A stretch of 29,821 nucleotides of DNA from the NCBI GenBank assembly GCA_045863575.1, contig BTUC01000002.1:10726-40546 (forward strand). The letters are read 5' to 3'. Made by a program: the position numbers and the translations under genes. Numbering within the stretch: the first letter of the stretch is position 1; every line of letters begins with the position of its first letter. This document shows, in pieces, positions 8,873-16,679 of this stretch. The notes beneath the pieces were generated by a model, which saw only the letters and a program-made list of their open reading frames with translations, did no database searches and was not told where the DNA came from. The DNA is from Phycisphaerae bacterium (GTDB lineage Bacteria; Planctomycetota; Phycisphaerae; UBA1845; PWPN01).

Positions 8873-10147
8873 GTGGTCAAAGTCCAATGCCCCCATTGTC
8901 AGCGCCGCTACCGCACGAAGGTCGAAGCCTTCGGCGTCACCGCCGTATGTACCAAGTGCCATCGCGCGTTCAAGATCGGCGAATCGCGCCCCCCCTTCGC
9001 GTGGAAGAGCCAGGATCTGGCCGAAGACTCGTGGATCGGCGTGCCGCCGCCCGAAGAACGCCAGGAGATGAAGCACTGCATCATCTGCGATGCTCCCCTG
9101 CCGCCCGAGGCGCTGCGCTGCCCCGAATGCGGAGCCAACCAGGTCACCGGCGTCGTCCACCGCTCGCGGACGCAGATTACCGAGGAGAAGATCCCCTTTG
9201 GGGCCATGCTGCCGTGGCGGTCGATTACCGTAGTCGCCGTTCTGCTCGTCCTGGGGTTGGGCGTCTACTGGGGCATTCGGGCCATCAGCCGCAGCGCCCA
9301 GCAATTGGGAGACGAGGTCGCTGACACCACATTGGCAACCCAGGTCGCGCGGCAGCTCCGTGACGGCGCGGACGAGTACCTGCTGGCGGAGAAACACGTC
9401 GGCGCGGTCAGCGACGCGAACCTGCCGCGCCTCGTCGGGATGCTCTCCGCACGCGACCCGTACATCCGACGGGCGGCCATCCTGCTGATTGGAGCCGGCC
9501 GGGCGACTCAACTCGAATCGCTCGTGGCCGCAGCTCGTTCGGAATCGGTTGACAGCGCCCGTGCCGCCCGAGACGCGCTGCTGGCCTTCGGGCCCCGGCA
9601 GCTGACAACATTGAGTAACCACGCAGACAGCAGCGTGCGTCAATCCGCCGCCACGGCCCTGGTGCTGCTGTTCGGGCTGGATCAGGCGGTGATTGCGCGC
9701 CTCTCCGAGCCCTCCTCCGATGCCGAGAAGATCCAACGCCTCAATGAGCTCTGCCGGCCATGGCCGCTGCTGACCGGCGGCTTCCACCTCCTGATTGCGG
9801 ACACCCCCGCTCCATTCGCTGTCCAGGTCCAGCAAGTCGGCAAGGTGTTCTACCTCAAAGCGGGCACAGGCCAGTTCATGACGCCCGATCCGCAGGAGCG
9901 GCGATTCCTCATCCCGCTGCACCGCTGGTGCCTGGCCACAGGTTCCGCAGTGGATCCAGAGCGCGTGCGGGAACTGATTGACGGCACCGTCCAACTGGCC
10001 GCACCGGTGGGTGCTGCCTGGGAAGGTCAGGTGCAGGTCAGCGCCAAAACGGTGATCCGCGGCCCTCTGCCTGGGTTCCTGCCCATCGAGCCGCCCCAAC
10101 CAGGCCGGACCGCCGAAGCGCCCATGGAACTGATCCGACCGGGTTAG
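8873..10147 (+). CDS. double zinc-ribbon (MJ0042-type) / single-TM / HEAT-repeat protein
   Basis: 424 aa with a GTG start. CPHCQRRYR...CTKCHRAF and CIICDA...CPECGAN Zn-ribbons, one TM helix (ITVVAVLLVLGLGVYWGI), then PBS-lyase/HEAT-like repeats (DPYIRRAAILLIGAG..., DSSVRQSAATALVLL). The overlapping 487-aa minus-strand ORF is low-complexity R/G-rich and was rejected. Confidence 0.7.
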   Translation: MVKVQCPHCQRRYRTKVEAFGVTAVCTKCHRAFKIGESRPPFAWKSQDLAEDSWIGVPPPEERQEMKHCIICDAPLPPEALRCPECGANQVTGVVHRSRTQITEEKIPFGAMLPWRSITVVAVLLVLGLGVYWGIRAISRSAQQLGDEVADTTLATQVARQLRDGADEYLLAEKHVGAVSDANLPRLVGMLSARDPYIRRAAILLIGAGRATQLESLVAAARSESVDSARAARDALLAFGPRQLTTLSNHADSSVRQSAATALVLLFGLDQAVIARLSEPSSDAEKIQRLNELCRPWPLLTGGFHLLIADTPAPFAVQVQQVGKVFYLKAGTGQFMTPDPQERRFLIPLHRWCLATGSAVDPERVRELIDGTVQLAAPVGAAWEGQVQVSAKTVIRGPLPGFLPIEPPQPGRTAEAPMELIRPG

Positions 10148-10185
10148 AGCCCCTTTCACTTCCTCAGTTCCGCAACGCCAGCTCT

Positions 10186-10215
10186 CCCCCCCTTTCCAAG
10201 GGGGGGGCGGGGGGG
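10186..10215. other. C7-TTTCCAA-G8-C-G7 element: GC hairpin / G-tract motif in the intergenic region after the 8873 gene
   Basis: The sequence ctCCCCCCCtttccaaGGGGGGGGcGGGGGGGta is seen directly. It forms a 9-bp stem (ccccccctt/aaggggggg) with a 3-nt loop, and contains two G-runs of 7 or more. No U-tract follows on either strand. Confidence 0.3.
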
Positions 10216-10429
10216 TATCGGACGACGCCGGGCTCGAATTCGCGGCCGGTGATTCGTGCGCGCAATGGCCGGCAGGGACACCGGCCGCTACGGAACTGGC
10301 GGGTTGGAGTGGACGAAAGAAGTCCGGGCAGTCCGCCAGAAGAAGCCGGGTATAAAGATGCCCCCCGATTCTAATTGCGGACTATGCCGATGAACTTTAT
10401 GGTTCAACTGGCAACAGACCGGGGTACGG

Positions 10430-10551
10430 CACGTGGCCACACGTGACCTGATGCGGGTGGCGTCACCCGCCCCGGGAGTGCGACCCGCGTATTGCGGAGG
10501 TCGGCTCTCCCGGCGACAATGGAAGATGGGGGTTGCGGATGTGGTCACGTG
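10430..10551. promoter_or_regulatory. cluster of three CACGTG palindromes (two spaced 10 bp apart, the third about 100 bp downstream in inverted GTCACGTG orientation) upstream of the NfeD-flotillin operon
   Basis: ggCACGTGgccaCACGTGAcc at 10430-10447 and GTCACGTGcc at 10544-10551, seen directly. CACGTGAC and GTCACGTG are reverse complements. The region also holds an AT-rich TATAAA-containing patch (about 10350-10420). Confidence 0.3.
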
Positions 10552-10584
10552 CCGGTTGCCACCGCTGGCAGAAAGGGGTGACCT

Positions 10585-11331
10585 GTGGTTTCCTCCCAAA
10601 TGCTGGCCCAGAGCGCCTCGCTCTTCGCCTGGTACAACGCCGTGTTCGTCGTGTTCTTCGGCGTGGGACTCTTCTTCACTCTGCTCCAGTTGATCGGCCT
10701 GGGAGGCGAAGGCGGCGTCGATGCGGATGCCGATGTGGACGTCGACGCGGATGTGGATGTGGATGCCGATGTTGACGCGGACGTGGATGCCGATGGGGAT
10801 ATCGACGCCGGTGCGGATGCCGATGGGGACATGGATGCCCACGCAGGCGCCGCGGTCGCCCATGTCCCCAGCCTGGTCGGGACGGCGGCGCAGCTCTTCG
10901 GCCTGGGCAAGATTCCCCTGTCCATGTCGCTCATGCTGCTCTGCTACACCGCGGGAGTCGTCGGGTGGCTGAGCAACAGCTTGTTCGTGGAACGCGGCAT
11001 GGACGTGGCCAGCCTGTTCCCCGTCAGTCTGCTCATCGCGCTGATGGCCGGCTTCGTCGTACTGCGCGCGGTAGGCTCTCTCATGAGCCGTTACCTGCCC
11101 TCGTTCTCCACGACAGCTATCGATAAGCGACAACTGGTGGGCATGACCGCCAAGGCGACCCTACCGGTGAACGAGAAGTTCGGCCAGGCTTCGCTCTTCG
11201 ACAAGCACGGAACGCTGCACGTGGTGGGTTGCCGCGTGCGGACCGGAGCCCCATCGATCGAGAAAGGCAGTCAGATCGTGCTGATCCGGTACATTTCCGA
11301 ACGCGACCTGTTCGTCGTCGGACGAGCATGA
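10585..11331 (+). CDS. NfeD-like membrane protein (YuaF/YqeZ short-form NfeD with C-terminal OB-fold), containing an acidic DV/DA repeat linker
   Basis: 248 aa (GTG at 10585; alternative ATG at 10600 giving MLAQSASLF...). Two N-terminal TM helices. The C-terminal segment QLVGMTAKATLPVNEKFGQASLFDKHGTLHVVGCRVRTGAPSIEKGSQIVLIRYISERDLFVV matches the NfeD OB-fold beta-barrel. It lies immediately upstream of a flotillin gene, the conserved nfeD-floT pairing. Confidence 0.7.
   Translation: MVSSQMLAQSASLFAWYNAVFVVFFGVGLFFTLLQLIGLGGEGGVDADADVDVDADVDVDADVDADVDADGDIDAGADADGDMDAHAGAAVAHVPSLVGTAAQLFGLGKIPLSMSLMLLCYTAGVVGWLSNSLFVERGMDVASLFPVSLLIALMAGFVVLRAVGSLMSRYLPSFSTTAIDKRQLVGMTAKATLPVNEKFGQASLFDKHGTLHVVGCRVRTGAPSIEKGSQIVLIRYISERDLFVVGRA
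10717..10838 (+). repeat. in-frame hexanucleotide tandem repeat (GAT-GYS)n encoding (D-A/V)n acidic dipeptide repeat inside the NfeD-like gene
   Basis: gtcgatgcggatgccgatgtggacgtcgacgcggatgtggatgtggatgccgatgttgacgcggacgtggatgccgatggggatatcgacgcc... encodes VDADADVDVDADVDVDADVDADVDADGDIDAGADADGDMDA. About 20 imperfect 6-nt units. Confidence 0.8.
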
Positions 11332-11399
11332 GCAAGTGAGCATACGGCGGGAGCTTGTGGCGCGGATACGTGGATGAGATTTCGAGAGGAGGCAGCGAC

Positions 11400-13373
11400 A
11401 TGCAAGTATTCACCGGCATCGTGTTCCTCGGCATGGCCCTGATCGTTCTACCGATCGTACTCGAGGATCAGTTCGGGGCTTACCGGTGGGTCCTGATTCC
11501 GCTGGGAGCGGCGCTGCTGGTGATCAGCACGTTCTGCCTGCTGATCGCGCGCTTCTATCGCAAGCCGGCCGCGAATCAGGCCTATGTGCGGACCGGCATG
11601 GGTTCCGCCAAGGTGATCCTGGACGGCGGCGCCTTCGTCATCCCGGTCGTGCACCAGCTCGTCGAGGTGAGCATGGAAACCATGCGCCTCGACGTCAAGC
11701 GCGTCGGGCAGGACGCCCTGATCACGCGTGACAATCTCCGCGTGGACATCGCCAGCGAGTTCTACATTCGCGTGGACGCGAACAAGGAGGCGATCCTTCA
11801 AGCCGCCCGGTCGCTGGGTGAGAAGAGTGTCAACGCCCAGGCTGTCTCCGATCTGGTCTACGAGAAACTGGTCAGCGCTCTGCGCAGCGTGGCCGCCACC
11901 AAGGATCTGCTCGAGCTGCACGTCAAGCGCGATGAATTCGCTTCGGCGGTGCTCGAGAACCTGACCTCCGACCTCCTGCAGAACGGTCTCAAGCTGGAAA
12001 CGGTGACCATCAGCCAGCTCGACCAGACGCCGCCGGAGAGCCTGAACGAACGCAACGTTTTCGACGCCCAGGGGCTCCGCAAAATTACCGAAATCACGCA
12101 GTCTCAGAACGTCGAGCGCAACCGGATCAACCGGGACGCCGAGCGGCAGATCAAGGAAAAGGACGTCGGCATCCGCAAGGAGGTCCTGGGGCTGGAGAAG
12201 GACCAGGCGGAGGCCGAGGCCATGCAGGCCACCGAGATCGCGAACATCAAGGCGGCCAAGCTTCGCGAACAGCAGGAGTACGAGATCCAGCAGCGCCGCG
12301 AGGTCGAACTGGCGGCCGTGCAGAAAGACGAGGCCGTCAAGAGAGCGGAGATTCTCAAGAACCAGTCGGTACAGGTCGCGGACGTGGAGCGGGAACGACA
12401 GGTTAAAACGCAGATGGTTGTGCGCGACCAGAAAGTGCAGGAGGCCGAGGCCGCGCGTCAGCAGGCGGTCGAGGTCGCCAAGCGTCTGGCCGAAATCGCC
12501 ATCGCCGAGAAGGAAGCCGCCCGGGCGGCCGCCGAGGCCAAGGCCAAGGCCGCCGAGTCCGAGCGCGAAAAAGAGGCGCAGAATGTCCAGACCGTGGCGG
12601 TGACCGCCGAGGCCGACCGCGAAGCGCAGAAGAAGATGATCGAGGAGAAGCAGCAGGTGGACGTGGCCAGGTACCGCCAGCAGATTGAGGCCGACGTCGC
12701 CGCTTACACCCAGGTCAAGAAGGCCGAGGGCGAGCTGCAGGCCGCCGAGAAGCAGAAGCAGGCCCGGCTGGTGCTGGCCCAGGCGGACGCCGAGGCCGCC
12801 AAGCGCCGCGCCGAGGGCGACCAGGCCGTCAAGATGGTGGACGTGTCCGTCGATCGCGAGCGCGTGGCCGTCGAGCAGGCCCGCGTCGACGTCGAGCGCA
12901 AGGAACTGGAGAACAAGCAGACCTTCGGCGAGGCGGCCCTCGAGTTCGAGGTCTCCAAGCTGGAGATCCAGGCCAACGCGGAAGTCCAGAAAGCCTTCGC
13001 CCAAGCCATCGGCAACATGCTCTCGCACGCCAACATGCAGATCTTTGGCGACCCGACCACGCTGTCCAACATGGCCGGGCGGTTCATGCAGGCCGCCGGC
13101 TACGGGCAGATGCTCAACGGGCTGAAGGCCTCACTGCCCGAAGACGTGCAGCAGATCGCCGGTCGGGCATTGACCGGAATGGGCGGTTCCCTGGCCGCGG
13201 CATTGCAGAAGGTGACCGGGCAGCACGTCGAACCGGCCGTCCTCGAGAGAGTGATCTCCGAGGTGGTCGCCGATCAGACGGCCCCGCCCGCAGAGGGCAA
13301 CGGCCGGCGCGTGGAGGCAACTCCGGCCAAACCCGAAGCGCCTGCCCGCAAGCAGGAAGAGAAGAAGAGCTGA
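11400..13373 (+). CDS. floT: flotillin-like SPFH/Band-7 protein (FloT/YuaG/YqiK type) with long EA-rich coiled-coil
   Basis: GAGGAGG SD 7 nt upstream of the ATG at 11400 (track start 11355 is probably too long). N-terminal TM anchor, SPFH domain (RTGMGSAKVILDGGAFVIPVVHQLVEVSMETMRLDV...ITRDNLRVDIASEFYIRV), then about 350 aa of E/A/K/Q-rich heptad coiled-coil typical of flotillin. Confidence 0.9.
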   Translation: MQVFTGIVFLGMALIVLPIVLEDQFGAYRWVLIPLGAALLVISTFCLLIARFYRKPAANQAYVRTGMGSAKVILDGGAFVIPVVHQLVEVSMETMRLDVKRVGQDALITRDNLRVDIASEFYIRVDANKEAILQAARSLGEKSVNAQAVSDLVYEKLVSALRSVAATKDLLELHVKRDEFASAVLENLTSDLLQNGLKLETVTISQLDQTPPESLNERNVFDAQGLRKITEITQSQNVERNRINRDAERQIKEKDVGIRKEVLGLEKDQAEAEAMQATEIANIKAAKLREQQEYEIQQRREVELAAVQKDEAVKRAEILKNQSVQVADVERERQVKTQMVVRDQKVQEAEAARQQAVEVAKRLAEIAIAEKEAARAAAEAKAKAAESEREKEAQNVQTVAVTAEADREAQKKMIEEKQQVDVARYRQQIEADVAAYTQVKKAEGELQAAEKQKQARLVLAQADAEAAKRRAEGDQAVKMVDVSVDRERVAVEQARVDVERKELENKQTFGEAALEFEVSKLEIQANAEVQKAFAQAIGNMLSHANMQIFGDPTTLSNMAGRFMQAAGYGQMLNGLKASLPEDVQQIAGRALTGMGGSLAAALQKVTGQHVEPAVLERVISEVVADQTAPPAEGNGRRVEATPAKPEAPARKQEEKKS

Positions 13374-13399
13374 TCGCCCGGAACAAGGCGGCACTCCAA

Positions 13400-13437
13400 C
13401 AGCGACCCGGACGGGCTCAGCGCTCTCCGGGTCGCTG
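13400..13437 (+). terminator. perfect 12-bp inverted repeat hairpin (CAGCGACCCGGA-N14-TCCGGGTCGCTG) after the flotillin stop
   Basis: Seen directly, 27 nt after the TGA. No canonical U-tract (the 3' side reads ccgttgattacg), so it is a probable factor-dependent or weak intrinsic terminator, or an RNA-stability element. Confidence 0.4.
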
Positions 13438-13484
13438 CCGTTGATTACGTGAAGGATTCCTGGGTGGTTGTAGCATTCTGAGGT

Positions 13485-13490
13485 TATAAT
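13485..13490 (+). promoter_or_regulatory. consensus -10 hexamer TATAAT about 200 nt upstream of the protease-like gene
   Basis: ctgaggtTATAATtcc. No convincing -35 at 16-18 bp spacing (TTGTAG sits at 11 bp). Weak evidence. Confidence 0.2.
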
Positions 13491-13687
13491 TCCGCTGGCG
13501 GCGTCAGCCATGCACAAAGGTCCTGGGAAGCGGTTCCAGGCGGAGCGTAACTCGTGGACACCTTGAAACTGCCGAAGACCGGCACGGTATATGTGGACAC
13601 GCAGATCGTGGTGCGGCGAGTCCGCCCCATGTTACAACTCAGGTTGCGGAGAAGAAGTAAACCAGCGACGAGAGACTCCCGGTGCTT

Positions 13688-15256
13688 ATGTCAAGAACGG
13701 CAGGCAGGTTGTTCCTGTTCATCTTGAGCTGTTTCTCAGCGCTGATATCGTCAGCCTGGGCGGATTGGCGGGACGAAATCGGTTATACGGACCTGCGGGC
13801 GCAGTTGGGCGCGGATACGCCAAGCGGTGCAGGCGTTGACGTAGTCCAGGTAGAGGGCAACTACCTTCAGACGCACCGCTTCCTGCCCTCGACCGACGAT
13901 CCTGAGTTCACCGACAAAGCGATCACAGACAGGACCGGTCTCGGTCTGACCTCCACACACGCCACCCAGGTGGCGCGCTACTGCTACGGATTGACCACCA
14001 GCATCGCTCCGGGCATAGACGTCATCGACTGCTACCAGGCGGACCACTGGCTGGAGGATGGTTTCCTGAGAACATTCGGGCTGAATCCACCCCGCATCGA
14101 GTCGAGACGGATCCAGAACCACAGTTGGATCTCGCGTTACTTCAATTGGCAGAAAAATACGGACGCGATTGAGCGTCTGGATCTGGTCATCGACCGCGAT
14201 GGCGTAGTGGCATGCGCCAGCGTCAACAACTACGATCCAGCCGATCCGACGTCTCGCGAAATGCCGGTACTCATGTGCAGCGCGTACAACGGCATCGCCG
14301 TCGGACTGACAAACGGAAAATCCAGCTACGGACCGACCATCACCTATGTATCCGGCCGAAGCAAGCCCGATCTGGTCGCCACTGCGGGTACCCCCCTGAC
14401 CAGCTATGCGACTGCCGTCACCAGTGCTTCGGCGGCCATGCTCGTGGAGGCACAGGAGCGGCTGGGCGTGTTCTCGGATCTGCCCGCACGAGAGCGTCTC
14501 CGGGCAACACCCATGCTGACCAAGTGTCTTCTCATGGGCGGGGCGACAAAACCTGAGGGCTGGAGACCAGGCACCGTTACCCCCCGCACGGACGGGACGA
14601 TCCCCCTCGATTACCGCTACGGGGCCGGCAGCCTCAACATCCACAAGAGTTACAGGATTCTTTCCGCTGGCCAGCACGCGGGCGGGAATGCAGTCGTGGT
14701 GCCATGCACAGGCTGGGACTACGGCCGTATCGCCGCCGCCGAACGGCGCTACTTCCTCGAGATTCCGCAGAACCAGGTGGCCAGCACAATCTCGATCATG
14801 CTGGTCTGGCACCGAAGGATTGCCACCCCGCCGGACCTCGATCGCGACGATGACGTGGATTCCGCCGATCTCGAGATCTTTCGGGCTTGTACGACGGGAG
14901 CCAACGCGGGTCCTTATCCCGCTGAATGCCGGGAGGTGGATTTCGACGATGACGCTGATATCGACCAAAGTGACTTCGGCGTCTTCCAGGTTTGCGTGAG
15001 CGGCGCCGATCAGCCTCCGCCGGTTGCCTGCCGCCGGCGACCAACAGCCAGTCTGGCGAACCTTGACCTGAAACTTTATGCTACCGAGGGGTTCGAACTA
15101 GGAGCACTTCGCGCCCAGAGCATCTCGCCGATCGACAACGTCGAACACATCTACCTTCAGAACGTCTCGTCCGGAAGCTGGGCGATCGTGGTATCCTCCG
15201 ACGGACTCTCGTCCTATGCCCTCACCTGGGATGCTCAACTGACAGTTTCGCCCTGA
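13688..15256 (+). CDS. secreted divergent subtilisin-like (S8) peptidase-like protein with dockerin-like module and an about 80-aa C-terminal extension
   Basis: Signal peptide MSRTAGRLFLFILSCFSALISSAWA (ATG at 13688; track GTG at 13682). S8-like motifs: His box STHATQVARYCYG (compare HGTHVAG), KPDLVATAG (compare KPDIxAPG), Ser box TSYATAVTSASAAM (compare GTSMAAP), C-terminal YRYGAGSLNIHKSY (compare GxGxxNxxxA). The Asp box is not clear. The dockerin-like module at 14834-15021 is DLDRDDDVDSADLEIFRACTTGA...DFDDDADIDQSDFGVFQVCVSGA. Confidence 0.65.
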   Translation: MSRTAGRLFLFILSCFSALISSAWADWRDEIGYTDLRAQLGADTPSGAGVDVVQVEGNYLQTHRFLPSTDDPEFTDKAITDRTGLGLTSTHATQVARYCYGLTTSIAPGIDVIDCYQADHWLEDGFLRTFGLNPPRIESRRIQNHSWISRYFNWQKNTDAIERLDLVIDRDGVVACASVNNYDPADPTSREMPVLMCSAYNGIAVGLTNGKSSYGPTITYVSGRSKPDLVATAGTPLTSYATAVTSASAAMLVEAQERLGVFSDLPARERLRATPMLTKCLLMGGATKPEGWRPGTVTPRTDGTIPLDYRYGAGSLNIHKSYRILSAGQHAGGNAVVVPCTGWDYGRIAAAERRYFLEIPQNQVASTISIMLVWHRRIATPPDLDRDDDVDSADLEIFRACTTGANAGPYPAECREVDFDDDADIDQSDFGVFQVCVSGADQPPPVACRRRPTASLANLDLKLYATEGFELGALRAQSISPIDNVEHIYLQNVSSGSWAIVVSSDGLSSYALTWDAQLTVSP

Positions 15257-15275
15257 GCCGCCGCCACATACGGCG

Positions 15276-16466
15276 TCAAGAGCAATCCGGTTTCCGGCGG
15301 GGCTTCAGCCGGGTCACGGCCATAGCTGCCAAAGCCGCCCAGGCCAGCAACAGCGCACTTGGTTCCGGGGTCTGGTACGATGTGCCCAGATAGGCAACCC
15401 AGGTCACCACCCGCAATGCTTCCGTCGGGCAAAAGCCATACCCCATCAGCATCCGTCCGTCGTCCGAAACACTCAAGGCGTTCATCAGTTCCCAGCCTTC
15501 AACATCCAGGCCTACCTCGGCCAGCACGGCGGAAACCGATCGCAGTCCATGTGCCTTGTCCCACATCAGAGCCCCGTCCGTACCCTCGCCCACAATCACC
15601 GAACCGTCCGATGATACGTCTAACGCTCCGGAGTACACGTGGCCGCCCGGGAGATATCCAAGGCTGACCATCCCTGTTTCCGCTGTCCAACGGAAAGCTT
15701 CGACCCCCAGAGCCGACGTGCCCCTGCCGACAATGACCTTCCCGTCCGCAGAAACGGCCGTCGCCGTACTGCTGAACAACCCTCCGCCAAAGTCGCCGAG
15801 CCCCACCATGCCCTCGGCCGGCGTCCAACGAAAGGCTTCGGAGTACAGTCCGCTCGCGGCGGAGGAGCTCTCTCCCACGACAACCCCGCCGTTCCTGGAA
15901 ACCCCCAAGGCTCGTCCATAGAACCTACCGCCTGGCAATTCGCCAAGTGATTCAATCTGCGGAATCGGCGCATTCCACCGCCACTGAACAGCCTCAGTGC
16001 CGGAGGAAGAGGTGCCGTAGCCGACGAAACTCGCTCCCCCAAAAGCTAACACCTCACTATGAAACGCGCCTCCCGGAAGGTCGCCCAGGCCGATCTGCCG
16101 ATTCTGACCGACCGGCGTAAACATGTACGCTTCCGTGACCCCGGGCTTCGTGCGCGCTCCGACGAAGACATGAGGGGGCCCCGGGCTCACGTCTGTCGGT
16201 CGCCAGTTCGTAAAACCAACTCCCGGTCCAGGGAGGGGGCCGAGACCGTCCGTCGCATTCCATGTCCAGGGGCGGGTAGCGCCTGTGATCGGGTCTTCCG
16301 CCTGCCCGACGACTCGCACGCCATCCGACGAGAGCGCCGTTCCCCACATGTTGGGGTAGCCAGGTAGTTGCCCGACCTCCAAGAGAAAGGGCGGCTCGGC
16401 CGCGACGGTGGCCGCGAAAACCAGCACGATCGCAGCGGTGTGTGGATTCATGAGGCTGCGTGCCAT
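15276..16466 (-). CDS. HAF-repeat extracellular protein with PEP-CTERM sorting signal
   Basis: 396 aa. AGGAGG SD 6 nt upstream of the ATG. Signal peptide, then 5 or more repeats of about 45 aa (G.LPGG..S.A.GVS.DG.VVVG.S...G.EAFRW....GM..LG). C-terminal PEPSALLLAWAALAAMAVTRLKPRRK is a PEP + hydrophobic + basic tail. Confidence 0.8.
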   Translation of the reverse strand: MARSLMNPHTAAIVLVFAATVAAEPPFLLEVGQLPGYPNMWGTALSSDGVRVVGQAEDPITGATRPWTWNATDGLGPLPGPGVGFTNWRPTDVSPGPPHVFVGARTKPGVTEAYMFTPVGQNRQIGLGDLPGGAFHSEVLAFGGASFVGYGTSSSGTEAVQWRWNAPIPQIESLGELPGGRFYGRALGVSRNGGVVVGESSSAASGLYSEAFRWTPAEGMVGLGDFGGGLFSSTATAVSADGKVIVGRGTSALGVEAFRWTAETGMVSLGYLPGGHVYSGALDVSSDGSVIVGEGTDGALMWDKAHGLRSVSAVLAEVGLDVEGWELMNALSVSDDGRMLMGYGFCPTEALRVVTWVAYLGTSYQTPEPSALLLAWAALAAMAVTRLKPRRKPDCS

Positions 16467-16679
16467 AGAACCTCCTGCAGCGTATGACGAACGGATCCGG
16501 ACGTAGGCAGGAACCTCTCAACCTGCAAATAGAAGCATCGCGGCTCGAGGGATAATCTTCCCAAAGCGGCTCCCCCCTACCATGACCAATCTATCTTGTT
16601 GTCTCCTGGATTTCAAATGTGGCCGGGGTTACGGGTCGGCAGCTTTGCCTGACAGGGACTGTCTGACGTGCCGAAGCGC

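Noticed and set aside
10225-10275. tRNA-like fragment (gggctcgaattcgcgg resembles a T-loop GTTCGAATC)
   Set aside because: No acceptor stem or anticodon-arm pairing can be drawn on either strand, so it is only a chance TCGAAT.
11355-11399. Track start (MWRGYVDEISRGGSD) for the flotillin gene
   Set aside because: The ATG at 11400 is preceded by GAGGAGG at ideal spacing and begins the TM anchor. The 15-aa extension has no support.
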